From Candidatus Sumerlaeaceae bacterium (lineage in GTDB: Bacteria > Sumerlaeota > Sumerlaeia > Sumerlaeales > Sumerlaeaceae), in contig JBMFRB010000002.1 of assembly GCA_049968255.1 (NCBI GenBank), forward strand, positions 160,001-224,000: 64,000 nucleotides of DNA. Direction: 5' to 3'. Positions 20,065 through 30,352 of this stretch are shown here, in pieces. The position numbers and the translations under genes were made by a program. The stretch's first letter is position 1, and each line of letters begins with the position of its first letter. Under the pieces are notes generated by a model. It searched no databases and was not told the origin of the DNA. It was given only the letters and a program-made list of their open reading frames with translations.

Positions 20065-21462
20065 ATGCGACAAATGGCAGCCAGCATGAACATCACGAAG
20101 CACTATTACACCCCGGATCTGAGCAGATTGAAGGCTATTGCATCTGAGGCTCCACTTTTGAGTCCAGAACAAGCGCAAGAGATCCTCGACCGTTCGGAGA
20201 TCCCCGCGCTTTCATTGCCTGAGGTAGCGGGCTTCGTAAAGGCAGTGCTGAGCAATCCTGTGGGCAAAGTGACGCAACTTGTGCTCGAAAAAGCTGTCGG
20301 ACTTCGTCGCGCACTGTTTAGTGATGCTGTTGTGCCGATGGCGCCGATGGAAATCGCTAACACCTGTGCTTCCGACTGCATCTTTTGTGGCTGGCGTATT
20401 TCCAACAGCGAAATGAAGCGTCTGCGCATGCCCGATGATCTTATTCTTCTTCAGGTCGAGTATCTCCTCGACTTGGGCATAAACTACATCGAATTTGTTT
20501 CCGGTGATGATCTGGTCGCTGTGCGACAGCAGTTGCCGCGATTACTTGCGCGCACGAAAGAACTTTTTCAGGCGCGCGGCGTGGAAGGCAAAACATGCTT
20601 TTGCACCTTGGCGCTAACCGAAAAGCAATATAGTGAGCTACGCGACGGTGGCGCCGATGCGATGATTGTGTGGCAGGAAACCTATGATCCGGACGTTTTC
20701 GCGCGTTACGTCACCGATGGTCCAAAAGCTTTTGGTATCCGTGACGACTGGACGTGGGATAAAAGTGGCAATGGCTGGTTGTTTCGTTACCAGTCGCAGG
20801 AGCGAGCCTTGCGCGCAGGCCTTGAAGTTGCCCTCGGAACGATGCTGGGTCTCAATCCTGATGTAACGTTTGAATTTCTAGCGACAGTGGATCATGCCCG
20901 GTACCTTCTCGACAATTATTCGCTTACGCCCGAACATCCGCTGATCATTGGGATGCCAATCTGGAATCCGATTCCAACTCGCACATCAGACATGCGGAGA
21001 AGCGATTTGCCGGATATCGAGAAGCTCTTTCCGGTTTTTGCTGCCTTGTATTTGCTTAGCCTTCCCACCCCTGCAACGTGGGTTTTCCCGAACTGCCGTG
21101 TGCCTCTGACCGTGCAAGTTGAAGCGGCTCGTGTGGCAGGCGCTTTCACGTCCACCGAGGTCAAGCTCGGTCCGGGAGGTTATCTACCCTCTGTCATTCA
21201 AAAAATGGAAATGCAGGGCAAAAACACGGTCGCGTTGCGCAAGCGACTGGCGAGATTGCTTCGCGAGGCAGGTGAAAATGTGGACGAACTAGCGCGCGCA
21301 CTCGATGAGCGGGAGCAGTTTGTGCACCACTACCATGCCCACGTGGCGTATCTGCGCGCGTTAGCAGACGCAGGCCTGTCCGTTGTGTCCGGGGTGCGCA
21401 TCCCTGAAGTCGCTAAGAATGTATGCCAGAGCCCAGATGTGGTCGTGTGCGGCGAAGGCTAG
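20065..21462 (+). CDS. Radical SAM protein, divergent ThiH/HydG/NosL-like
   Basis: CASDCIFC (CX3CX2C), WQETYD, GPK, QERALRAG...GTMLGL, GPGGY, EQF; no HydG-type auxiliary cysteine motif. Confidence 0.85.
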   Translation: MRQMAASMNITKHYYTPDLSRLKAIASEAPLLSPEQAQEILDRSEIPALSLPEVAGFVKAVLSNPVGKVTQLVLEKAVGLRRALFSDAVVPMAPMEIANTCASDCIFCGWRISNSEMKRLRMPDDLILLQVEYLLDLGINYIEFVSGDDLVAVRQQLPRLLARTKELFQARGVEGKTCFCTLALTEKQYSELRDGGADAMIVWQETYDPDVFARYVTDGPKAFGIRDDWTWDKSGNGWLFRYQSQERALRAGLEVALGTMLGLNPDVTFEFLATVDHARYLLDNYSLTPEHPLIIGMPIWNPIPTRTSDMRRSDLPDIEKLFPVFAALYLLSLPTPATWVFPNCRVPLTVQVEAARVAGAFTSTEVKLGPGGYLPSVIQKMEMQGKNTVALRKRLARLLREAGENVDELARALDEREQFVHHYHAHVAYLRALADAGLSVVSGVRIPEVAKNVCQSPDVVVCGEG

Positions 21463-21965
21463 CGCACGCGACCAAAATCATCCTCGACGCGAACAATGTC
21501 ATCTTCGTCCGACGGATTCTCTGGATCTGTACTTTGCCAAATCTCGGCAATGCGCCCCCAACCGTGCAGGCCAGTGAGCCGATGCCATGCTCCGCAAGGA
21601 ATTTGCACAACTTCACCCGTATCAAACACAAAAGTTTCAAGGCTGGAACCATCTGGGCCGATTTCAATTTTTACCGGCCCGTCGATGACACGCCAGTGTT
21701 CGCATCGGCGATGATGATACTGCAGCGAGAGGCGCTTGCCTGGTGCGACAAGGAGAATTTTAGGGTCAAGACGAAGTCCCTTATCGAGACCACTAACTTC
21801 TGTTCCTTGCCAGTAGGCGTGAAAAAAACGCAGAAAACTCGCTTCGCTGAAGCGCAGAAATCCGCCCCACGGCCGATCGCAGGAAGAGAGTTCTTCAAGT
21901 ATCTCAATGCCAAACCCTCTGGCTTCAGCCTTGAGGCGTTCAAACAACCATTTTTTGAGTTCCAC
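21459..21965 (-). CDS. Cupin, phosphomannose isomerase type II C-terminal-like
   Basis: DRPWGG, KILLVAPGKRLSLQYHHRRCEHWRV, HRL, EDDIVRVEDDFGR. Confidence 0.88.
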   Translation of the reverse strand: MELKKWLFERLKAEARGFGIEILEELSSCDRPWGGFLRFSEASFLRFFHAYWQGTEVSGLDKGLRLDPKILLVAPGKRLSLQYHHRRCEHWRVIDGPVKIEIGPDGSSLETFVFDTGEVVQIPCGAWHRLTGLHGWGRIAEIWQSTDPENPSDEDDIVRVEDDFGRVR

Positions 21966-22046
21966 CTTTCCAGGATCTCCTTCTTACGCGCAACTTGCCT
22001 GCCGACAGCCAGTAGAGTCTATGTTTGCAGGGCTTATTATACGTAA

Positions 22047-24299
22047 CTAGAGAAGGTCGTAGGGATCAACGTCCACAATAATTTGAATTCGGCTATGGCC
22101 ACGCTGCTTTGAGAACTCTTTTAGTGCCTGTCTTGTGATTTGCCGCATCTTGGAGCCAGCCTCGCCTCTTAGCAAAGCTCGCCAGCGGTATTGTCCTTCG
22201 AGCCTTTGCAGAGGGGCAGGGGTTGGGCCAAGCACTGTGACGCGATCACGGAGCGGATATGCAATGTCTTTTAAAATAATAATAAATTGTTTAAATAGCT
22301 CTTCTGTTATCTCTGGATTATTGCCCATGCCTAGAAATCCAACCAACCGATGATAAGGAGGAAAACGTAAGATTTTACGGATGCGAATCTCTTTTTCGTA
22401 AAAACCAACGAAGTCGTGATTTCGTGCGAATTGGATAGCGTAATGGTCGGGCACATATGTTTGAATAATCACCTTCCCCGGTGAGTCGCCGCGACCAGCC
22501 CGGCCAGCAACTTGGGTGAGTAGAGAGAACGCGCGTTCGGCAGCACGGAAGTCGGGCTGAAAAAGTGAGACATCTGCCAAAGGCACAACGACAAGGGCAA
22601 TGCCTTCCAGGTGGATGCCACGAGCGATCATTTGTGTGCCAACAATGATGTCCACCTCGCGGCGACTGATCTGTTCCCACGCTTCGATGTGTGCGGTGCG
22701 CCGGCGCATAGTATCGAGATCAATTCGGAGTACTTTCTTGTGAGGAAAAAGCCTAGCCAATTCCTCTTCTATGCGTTGAGTGCCGACGCCGACCATCGAA
22801 AGCTCGGTGGTGTCGCAGTAGGGGCAACTTGTGGGGCGTCGCAGCATATGCCCACAATAGTGACAGATCAACCGGTCGCCGACTTTGTGGTAAGTCAGGG
22901 CGACGTCGCAGTGTGGGCACTTGAGCGTTTGTTTGCACCCTAAGCAGATAACGAAATTGAAAAATCCGCGCCGGTTGAGAAAAACTAGCACCTGGTTTCC
23001 TGCATCGAGCGTAGCCGTCATGGCCGAGCCAATTTCGGGACTCAAAAGCGAAACGTCTTGGTCGAGTTGCACTTTCTCCGCGAGGTCAATCACCGTGATT
23101 GGGGGCAGAGGACGTCCGTCAATTCTCTGGCTCAGCGTGAGAAGCTCAAACTTCCCCGTAACAGCCTTGTGATAGGTCTCAACGCTAGGCGTAGCGCTAC
23201 CGAGCACGACAACTGCGCCGCACTGATGCGCATGAACGATCGCCACATCGCGCGCGTGGTATCTCGGTGTGGTATCTTGCTTGTAGGTGGCCTCGTGCTC
23301 TTCATCCACGATAATAATACGCAGGTTCTGCATAGGAGCGAAAATAGCCGAGCGAGCGCCGATAAGGATCCGGCAGCGCCCATCCTGGATTCGCCCCCAC
23401 AGATCAAATTTTTGCCCTACCGTCAGACGCGAATGGTAGACCCCGACGAAGTCGCCAAACCGGCGACGGAACCTGTCCACAGTCTGGGGGGTGAGCGAAA
23501 TTTCGGGGACCAAAACGATTGCAGAGCCCCCGAGATCAAGCGCGTGCCAAATGGCCTGCAAATAAACTTCTGTTTTTCCACTTCCCGTGATGCCGTGAAG
23601 CAGAAATGTACGATGCTCGCCTCGATCAAGTTGTGTGCTGATAGCTTCAAGGGCGGCGCGTTGCGCAGAGTTAAGGTCCAAAGGCTGCTCCGGCTCGCCG
23701 CCGGTCGGATAGTCATCGCTGCGCTCGATAATCTTTTCCTGCCATATGAGGATTCCAGTGTTCAGAAGTTTGCGAATGACTGCCTGTGAAACGCCCGTAG
23801 CGGTGCGTAGCTTGTCAGCGCAAGCTTTTCCTCCGTGGTTTCTGAGCCAAGACACAACCAGAGCCTGTTTTGGTGTCAGGTCTGTCAAATTGTTAGCTTG
23901 TGTTGTTAGGGCAAGAAGTCGTTGCGTCTTCGGAGTGACCTCATTGAATCCGATGAATGAGACACACGCCAAGGTCTGGCCAAATGGCGCGAGGTAGTAT
24001 TCGCTTATCCATCGGGCGAGCTCGATTGTTCGTGGTTCGATCATGAACTGGGGACTGATGATCCGCGCGATTGGTCTGATTTTTGTTGCGGGCAGCTCGC
24101 CTGGCGTATGTTTCAGGCCGATGATGCAACCCCGGACCAGCCGTTTGCCAAACGGCACAAGAACGAGACGTCCTGCACAAGCCGTGTTTTGCAGCGATTG
24201 GGGAACGGTGTATGTAAAAAGCCCCTCTACAGGCTCTTCCACCGCAACATCAGCGTAAAGGGTGCATGCCCGCTCCGAAGCTCGTGGGTCCGATTTCAT
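22047..24299 (-). CDS. priA: Primosomal protein N' (replication restart helicase)
   Basis: GITGSGKTEVY, VPEISLTPQ, DEEH, GSATP, four CxxC pairs, GTQMIARG, QVAGRAGR, DVDP. Confidence 0.97.
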   Translation of the reverse strand: MKSDPRASERACTLYADVAVEEPVEGLFTYTVPQSLQNTACAGRLVLVPFGKRLVRGCIIGLKHTPGELPATKIRPIARIISPQFMIEPRTIELARWISEYYLAPFGQTLACVSFIGFNEVTPKTQRLLALTTQANNLTDLTPKQALVVSWLRNHGGKACADKLRTATGVSQAVIRKLLNTGILIWQEKIIERSDDYPTGGEPEQPLDLNSAQRAALEAISTQLDRGEHRTFLLHGITGSGKTEVYLQAIWHALDLGGSAIVLVPEISLTPQTVDRFRRRFGDFVGVYHSRLTVGQKFDLWGRIQDGRCRILIGARSAIFAPMQNLRIIIVDEEHEATYKQDTTPRYHARDVAIVHAHQCGAVVVLGSATPSVETYHKAVTGKFELLTLSQRIDGRPLPPITVIDLAEKVQLDQDVSLLSPEIGSAMTATLDAGNQVLVFLNRRGFFNFVICLGCKQTLKCPHCDVALTYHKVGDRLICHYCGHMLRRPTSCPYCDTTELSMVGVGTQRIEEELARLFPHKKVLRIDLDTMRRRTAHIEAWEQISRREVDIIVGTQMIARGIHLEGIALVVVPLADVSLFQPDFRAAERAFSLLTQVAGRAGRGDSPGKVIIQTYVPDHYAIQFARNHDFVGFYEKEIRIRKILRFPPYHRLVGFLGMGNNPEITEELFKQFIIILKDIAYPLRDRVTVLGPTPAPLQRLEGQYRWRALLRGEAGSKMRQITRQALKEFSKQRGHSRIQIIVDVDPYDLL

Positions 24300-24464
24300 A
24301 GATCTATGTTCCTGGGGTGCTCCCGTACCGTCATTAGCACAGATGTTTCGACGTTCGATAAGCTAAAAGGTTTTCACAGAGGGTGCACCTCACAAGCGGA
24401 ATGTTAGCGGCCAAAGCTCTACTTTAACTTGAACGGCGTGTGCCGCATGGATCATTTTCCGGGT

Positions 24465-25127
24465 ATGCGTTTGATAGTGAGTTGGATACTAAGTTATCTT
24501 ATCGGCTCTATCCCAACGGGCCTATTGATAGCCAAGCTCACGGGCAACCTCGATATACGTGAGCATGGCAGCGGAAACATTGGCGCCACAAATGTGGCTC
24601 GTGTGCTGGGCAAGAAGTGGGGAGCGATTGTCCTAGCTTTGGATATCTTGAAGGGCTTTCTGCCCGTTGTTATTCTGCCGGCGCTTTTTGGCCTTCCCAC
24701 GCGCGAGAGTGGTCTCGTCGAGATCACCATTGGCGCAGCGGCTGTTCTTGGCCATTGCTTCAGCATCTTCTTGGGATTCAAAGGGGGAAAGGGCGTGGCC
24801 ACGGCAATCGGTGTGTTTTTAGCCATCGCCCCGTTGCAGATTATTTTGCTAACGGTTATCGGGCTCATTCTTATTGCGTGGAAAGGGTATGTGTCGCTCG
24901 CGTCGGTCATGTGTGCCGCCCTGCTGCCTTTCTTTTTTTACTTTTCCCATCAACCTATTGCAGTGCTTCTCGTGGCAGAAATCCTTGCTGCGGTGGTGAT
25001 CCTCAAACATTGGCCTAACATGCTTCGCTTGATTCGGGGGGAAGAAATTCCGGTGTGGCAAGAAAAGCCCAACGGTGACGATGGCGAACGTATTCCAATC
25101 ACACGTGACGGGGACTCGAACGTCTAG
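24465..25127 (+). CDS. plsY: Glycerol-3-phosphate acyltransferase PlsY
   Basis: YLIGSIP, GSGNIGATNVAR, DILKG, FKGGKGVAT, KHxxN. Confidence 0.95.
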   Translation: MRLIVSWILSYLIGSIPTGLLIAKLTGNLDIREHGSGNIGATNVARVLGKKWGAIVLALDILKGFLPVVILPALFGLPTRESGLVEITIGAAAVLGHCFSIFLGFKGGKGVATAIGVFLAIAPLQIILLTVIGLILIAWKGYVSLASVMCAALLPFFFYFSHQPIAVLLVAEILAAVVILKHWPNMLRLIRGEEIPVWQEKPNGDDGERIPITRDGDSNV

Positions 25128-25129
25128 GG

Positions 25130-26137
25130 ATGGAGACTGTTACTGTTTTTGGTGCGGGTGCGTGGGGAGCGACGCTTGCCGATCTTCTGGCACGCAAAGG
25201 CGCTCAAGTTACGGTCTGGGATGTTGATTCTCGAATTCTTGAGCAGCTGCGCACCACGCGTCGGCGCGGCAAACCGCCAGCCCTCGTGGTTCACGACTCG
25301 GTTGTCTTTGAGGCAGAGCTTTCGACTGCTGCTCACAGAAGTGATGTGTGGGTTTGTGTTGTTCCCTCGTTTGCCGTTCGCGATCTTTGCAGGAGCCTCG
25401 GTGCGACGTTTGGTGACCTAGGGGAGCGCGTATTTGTGAACTGTGCCAAGGGAATTGAGGAGCAAACTTTGGCGATTCCCAGTGACATTTTTGCAGAGGA
25501 ATTGGGGCGAAATCGTCTGGTGCAGTACGCCGTGCTTTCCGGCCCAAGCCATGCAGAAGAAGTGTGCTTGGGAATTCCCACGAGCGTCGTGTGTGCCTCG
25601 GACGATGATATGACGGCGCGGCGGGTGCAGGCATTGTTCGGAACCCGAGTGTTTCGTATCTATACGCAAAAGGACCGAATTGGTGTGGAGATGGGCGCGG
25701 CGCTGAAGAATGTGATCGCAATTGCCGCAGGCGCCTGCGATGGTCTCGGATTTGGTGACAACACAAAAGCGGCTCTCGTGACGCGTGGACTTGCTGAAAT
25801 AACGCGGGCGGCGGTTGCTGTCGGTGCTTCCCCTCAGACGTTGGCAGGACTTGCCGGCCTCGGGGATCTCATTGTTACGGCAATGAGCCGGCACAGCCGC
25901 AACAGGCTGTTTGGCGAACTTTTGGCCAAAGGCCGTTCTGTTACTGACGCGCTTCAGGAAGTCGGGGCCGTCGTCGAAGGCTACCGGACTTGCAGTTCAG
26001 CTTACGCTCTCAGTCAAAAGCTCGGCATTGAGATGCCGATCACAGCAGCAATTTATGGCGTTCTTTACGAAGGGATAAGTATCCAGGATGCGACAGCGCA
26101 GTTACTTGATCGTGACCCCAAGCCAGAGATTTACTAA
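25130..26137 (+). CDS. gpsA: NAD(P)H-dependent glycerol-3-phosphate dehydrogenase
   Basis: GAGAWG, KGIE, LSGPSHA, LKNVIAIAAG, GLGDLIVT, SRNR, EMPI. Confidence 0.96.
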   Translation: METVTVFGAGAWGATLADLLARKGAQVTVWDVDSRILEQLRTTRRRGKPPALVVHDSVVFEAELSTAAHRSDVWVCVVPSFAVRDLCRSLGATFGDLGERVFVNCAKGIEEQTLAIPSDIFAEELGRNRLVQYAVLSGPSHAEEVCLGIPTSVVCASDDDMTARRVQALFGTRVFRIYTQKDRIGVEMGAALKNVIAIAAGACDGLGFGDNTKAALVTRGLAEITRAAVAVGASPQTLAGLAGLGDLIVTAMSRHSRNRLFGELLAKGRSVTDALQEVGAVVEGYRTCSSAYALSQKLGIEMPITAAIYGVLYEGISIQDATAQLLDRDPKPEIY

Positions 26138-27117
26138 GCCCAGAGACGGCCGATGATCTCTTGCCAAACTTTGCGGTAGGCACGCATGCGCTCGCGATTG
26201 TGACGGTTGCGAAGTCCGACAATGTGGGCTCCCGCGAGAAAGAGCATCCTTAGAGAAAGATCTCCAAGCATGGAGCATCGCACGGTCACGCGTCGCCATC
26301 GAGGGTAGTTTCGCGAAAGAAATGTCTCAAGCGCTGAGAAAAATTGCTGGATTGCTAGTGCACGGACTTCGGCTGTTGGCTCGCCCTGAGTGTGGATGAT
26401 CGAAATCTGCGGATCTTGGATAATCTCGTAGCCCGCCTTTCTCAGGCGGAAGCATAAGTCAGTGTCTTCCGCATAAAGAAAATACGCTGACGAAAAACCG
26501 CCGACGTCATCCCATGCTGCTCGTGGTATGAGCATCGCACTTCCCATGACCCATTCGGCAGCCCTTGGTTTTGACACTCCTGTGCTGAGTGAAGGCAGCC
26601 CGTAGGACTTTCGTAATCGTTTCAGAAAGCCAGCCAGGAGACTGTGATTTAGCCAATACGTAAGGGCCCCAGGGAACCGGTACGTAGAACGTTGAATGGT
26701 CCCATTGTCATTGCAGAGGACGGGGGCGAGAACTCCTACGCGCACTCCTTCCGATTGCAAACGAGCCAAGCTTTGTAGCCAGGCCCGCATCGCCTCAGGA
26801 GGCACAACCGTATCGGGGTTGAGCACGCACAAAAGTGGCGCCTGTGCTTGCTGGGCTCCTAAGTTGCAGCCTTTTCCGTAGCCTAAATTTTCCGCGTTGC
26901 GAACCAGCAAAATTGGGAGATCTAGAAGGCTTTGCCAGTCATCATTCGGTGAGGCATTGTCTACCACAATGATTTCAAGGGGGACGTCCTGGCAGCAAAG
27001 AGAGCGGACACATCGGCGAACAAACCCACTTGTTTGATAATTCACAATAATCACTGAAACTGCAGGAGGCGTCCCGAGCCCTCCCTCAACGAGCGGCGAT
27101 TTGGTGTCGAGATGCAT
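26134..27117 (-). CDS. Glycosyltransferase family 2 (WbbL-like)
   Basis: VSVIIVNY, IIVVDNAS, NLGYGKGCN, LNPD, VGGF...YFLYAEDTDLC. Confidence 0.9.
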   Translation of the reverse strand: MHLDTKSPLVEGGLGTPPAVSVIIVNYQTSGFVRRCVRSLCCQDVPLEIIVVDNASPNDDWQSLLDLPILLVRNAENLGYGKGCNLGAQQAQAPLLCVLNPDTVVPPEAMRAWLQSLARLQSEGVRVGVLAPVLCNDNGTIQRSTYRFPGALTYWLNHSLLAGFLKRLRKSYGLPSLSTGVSKPRAAEWVMGSAMLIPRAAWDDVGGFSSAYFLYAEDTDLCFRLRKAGYEIIQDPQISIIHTQGEPTAEVRALAIQQFFSALETFLSRNYPRWRRVTVRCSMLGDLSLRMLFLAGAHIVGLRNRHNRERMRAYRKVWQEIIGRLWA

Positions 27118-27132
27118 ACATGTTCCCAGACT

Positions 27133-28713
27133 TCATGGCGCAGCATTCCAAAGCTTGTTGGCGAGTCTACTCTGCAAATTGCCGTGCTTTCGACAGTAAA
27201 GACGAAAACGATCGCCTAGCGGCGGTAGGTCCGGATGTGCAACATAGTTTGCATAAAACCATTGGACGATGGGATGCGCTGGAGGGGACGGAACGTCTTT
27301 TCTATCTATGGCGATTAGCTCGGGCTGTGTCCGCCGCAAATCTTGAAGCGCTCGGCGAGTGAGCGTTTCTGTGGTTGGACCCCATAACAATGGGATAACG
27401 AAAAAGATGCCGCTTGCTGGACGACGGTTTGCTGCCTCATAGAGGGTTGGTGCGGTGCCCCAGACGTAAAGCGTCTCATCTGGCGCCAAATAGCGTTGGA
27501 GTTCCCTCCCTTGCCGATACTGCTCTATAAACGCCGGGCCATATTTTGCTAAGGACCACGTTTCAGCGGATCGTAAATAGAAGGGGAGTTGTACAAGTGC
27601 CTGAGTGAGGACCAACCCGCCCACCAGCAGTCGCAAACGAAGTCGATCGCGTGTTGCGCTGAGTCGTCTGATCCCCAAGACCGTAGCGCTAGCTAGCACA
27701 CACAAAAGTGGAAGCCACAGCTGGTAGTAGTGGGGATAGAATCGTCCGGGAAGTGAGTACGCGAGAAACGTGGCCGCAGTCCACCCTGCAAGCCACTCCG
27801 TACCTTGGCGGCGAGGAGTTTGGAGGAGGTGAAAAATACCGACGAGGGCGAGAACGATTGCGGGCAAAACATTATTAGCAGCGTGCGGGACAACACGAGA
27901 AGGGACAAGCGCCGCAAAGATGTTGCTCAAAGGATTGTGGGTGTAAGCTCGTCCCCAGTAAAATAGCGTCGCATAGGCCTCTGCGAGGGTTCCTTGCCAT
28001 ACAGCGTTGACAAGAAACAGCACCCAGGGCAAGGCAGCTCCAGCAGTGAAAGAGCCAATTAAGTTCAAGGCGCTAACTTTCTGAGAACTAGCGCGCCGAA
28101 GACGACTCAGCACCAGCACGATCCAAAACACCACGATGTGGGCCATCATGACCGTCTTGTAGAGTGAGCCTAATGCCAAAAGGATGCCCCCCAGGAAAGC
28201 CCAACGGTTGCTGCCTGCGTTGCTCTGACAGTTGACCAGGGCAGCGAGTCCCCAGACGGCACAGACATTCATAAAGACCTCGGCGTTTGGTTGGTTGGCT
28301 TGCAACCAGCAATCAGCAGCCACAAGAGTCCACAGAGCCGCCGCAAGGATTCCTCCGCTTTCCGAACGATACAACTTTCTGGTGAGCTGGAAGATGCCGA
28401 GTAAGGCGAGGGTGCTGGCCACGCACCAGAGCAGGTAACGCGCGAGGAAGGGGTTGTCGGACAACCATGCTCCTGCCGCATAGGTCCAGTACACGGCCGG
28501 CGGCTTGATGTCCCACACCTCAGAATAGAGCCGCTTGCCGTGCAGCAGTTCGCGCGCAACCAACCAATAAGTTGCCAGATCTGTTTCTGGCGGTTCTGCC
28601 CAAGTGCGCAATCTCATGAGCAAGAGCAAGCCAGCGCAGGCGACGAGAAAATAGCGACGAAATCGCCGATACTGACGGAGGCTTATTCTTTGCGCGCGAG
28701 GAGAGCTGCCCAT
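27133..28713 (-). CDS. GT-C fold membrane glycosyltransferase (ArnT/PMT-like)
   Basis: Multi-TM protein with LYSEVWDIKPP, NAEVF, YPHYY and a C-terminal soluble domain. Confidence 0.78.
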   Translation of the reverse strand: MGSSPRAQRISLRQYRRFRRYFLVACAGLLLLMRLRTWAEPPETDLATYWLVARELLHGKRLYSEVWDIKPPAVYWTYAAGAWLSDNPFLARYLLWCVASTLALLGIFQLTRKLYRSESGGILAAALWTLVAADCWLQANQPNAEVFMNVCAVWGLAALVNCQSNAGSNRWAFLGGILLALGSLYKTVMMAHIVVFWIVLVLSRLRRASSQKVSALNLIGSFTAGAALPWVLFLVNAVWQGTLAEAYATLFYWGRAYTHNPLSNIFAALVPSRVVPHAANNVLPAIVLALVGIFHLLQTPRRQGTEWLAGWTAATFLAYSLPGRFYPHYYQLWLPLLCVLASATVLGIRRLSATRDRLRLRLLVGGLVLTQALVQLPFYLRSAETWSLAKYGPAFIEQYRQGRELQRYLAPDETLYVWGTAPTLYEAANRRPASGIFFVIPLLWGPTTETLTRRALQDLRRTQPELIAIDRKDVPSPPAHPIVQWFYANYVAHPDLPPLGDRFRLYCRKHGNLQSRLANKLWNAAP

Positions 28714-29558
28714 TCGTCGTTCTTCTCGGAGTGTGTTATTTCGAATCCAAGCTGTTTCACTCGCGTTTTCGCAACCTCGCTTTCTGAAGCAAGGAATCCA
28801 GACAAGCATAACAGGCCGCCCGGACAGCAGAAGCGAGGGACAAGCTCGGCCAACGGCTCGAAATTCGAGAGTAGCATGTTACACACAACGACGTCGAACT
28901 CTGTTGGCCGTAGCGACTCAAGCCTTGCGATCACGACGCTTACTTTTTTGAAAGCGAGATGGTTAAGATGAAGATTTTCTGCCACGTTTTCAATAACGTC
29001 GCTATCAATGTCAGTTGCAAGGCACCACGCTGCGCCACTCAGCGCTGCTGCAATTGCCAAGATCCCACTGCCGGTTCCGATGTCCAGGACGCGTTTATCC
29101 TCGAGGGGAATTTTCTCCATGAGCGAAAGACAAAGCTGCGTGGTGGCGTGAGTACCAGTGCCAAAAGCCATCCCAGGCTCGATAACAATTGGAATGCGCC
29201 CCGATCGGGGCAAGCCTGCCTCAACTTCCCACGGTGGCAGAACCAGAAAACGCGAACCGACTTCTACCGGCACGAAGTATTTCTTCCATTCGTCGTTCCA
29301 ATTGCGTTTAGCTATCTTTTGCGCGTGAATCGCAACAAGCTCTTTGTAGCCGCGCTTGTTGAGCCACTGTATGATTTCACTGCAAATGTGCTCGGCGTTG
29401 ATCTCCGCAGGAAAAAAAAGGCGAAACTTTGTCCCCGGGATGTCCGATTCAATGCCTTGACACTCAAGTTCTGTTAGAATCTCCCAGAAGACCTCGTCGA
29501 GTCCGGCTTGTGAAGAGTTAAACACTAGTTCGATATATTGCCACGTCATCGAGTTCAT
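28683..29558 (-). CDS. prmA: Ribosomal protein L11 methyltransferase
   Basis: WNDEWKKYF, PPW, IEPGMAFGTGTHATT, VLDIGTGSGILAI, LSG. Confidence 0.95.
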   Translation of the reverse strand: MNSMTWQYIELVFNSSQAGLDEVFWEILTELECQGIESDIPGTKFRLFFPAEINAEHICSEIIQWLNKRGYKELVAIHAQKIAKRNWNDEWKKYFVPVEVGSRFLVLPPWEVEAGLPRSGRIPIVIEPGMAFGTGTHATTQLCLSLMEKIPLEDKRVLDIGTGSGILAIAAALSGAAWCLATDIDSDVIENVAENLHLNHLAFKKVSVVIARLESLRPTEFDVVVCNMLLSNFEPLAELVPRFCCPGGLLCLSGFLASESEVAKTRVKQLGFEITHSEKNDEWAALLARKE

Positions 29559-29683
29559 GCGAACTATGCACGGCGATGAACTGAGGAAGGCAAGCTGACT
29601 TTGTGCGTTTTAGGTTGAACGCAAAGCTTGGAGCCAACACTCTGGCGTTCCGAATAGCAACGATACCGGGAAAATCGAAGGAA

Positions 29684-30289
29684 ATGGCCGAACAAAAAGC
29701 GAAAAAAAGCACAGCAGGGAAGAAAGAATCGAGCCCGATTACTTTTAGTGTTTCCGACATCAAGGAGCTTTTCATCCTGATGAAGGAGAACGACATAGCC
29801 GAGCTCAACATCGAACAGGGTGAGACCAAGATTCACATTGTAGGGTCGCGCGCGTCCGCAGTGCAGGCCGCCGCAGTATCCCCTGTCGTGCCGGTCGTGT
29901 CGAGCCTTCCGCCTGTGGGCATGGTTGCGCCAGCGACGCAACCCGCAGTAGCTGCGGCGCCAGTTGCAGCCGCATCCAGTCCGTCGGATGCTGCAGGCAC
30001 TATCGAAACAGCCTTGCCTACGGCCGAGTCGGAGACTCTTCCTTCAAATGTTAAAACGATCAATTCTCCGATGGTTGGGACCTTCTATCGTGCTCCAGCC
30101 CCTGACGCACCTCCGTTTGTGGACGTTGGTGATCGCGTTAAAGAAGACACCACCTTGTGCATTATCGAAGCGATGAAACTCATGAACGAAATCAAAGCCG
30201 AAATGCGAGGGAAAGTGGTCAAAATCCTCGTCGAAAATGGCATGCCCGTCGAGTATGGTCAGCCGCTGTTCTTGATTGAACCCGAATGA
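29684..30289 (+). CDS. accB: Acetyl-CoA carboxylase biotin carboxyl carrier protein
   Basis: Ala/Pro linker, [19 protein letters not shown] biotinylation motif. Confidence 0.96.
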   Translation: MAEQKAKKSTAGKKESSPITFSVSDIKELFILMKENDIAELNIEQGETKIHIVGSRASAVQAAAVSPVVPVVSSLPPVGMVAPATQPAVAAAPVAAASSPSDAAGTIETALPTAESETLPSNVKTINSPMVGTFYRAPAPDAPPFVDVGDRVKEDTTLCIIEAMKLMNEIKAEMRGKVVKILVENGMPVEYGQPLFLIEPE

Positions 30290-30352
30290 CAATCGAACGC
30301 GTGCAGGACGAGCTCAGTACTCACAACAACTCAGGCGGTCAGAAGAAAACTT

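Noticed and set aside
18802-20178. 458-aa minus-strand ORF overlapping lgt, murG and the radical SAM gene
   Set aside because: Alternative frame over clearly identified genes; Arg/Ser/His-rich with no motifs.
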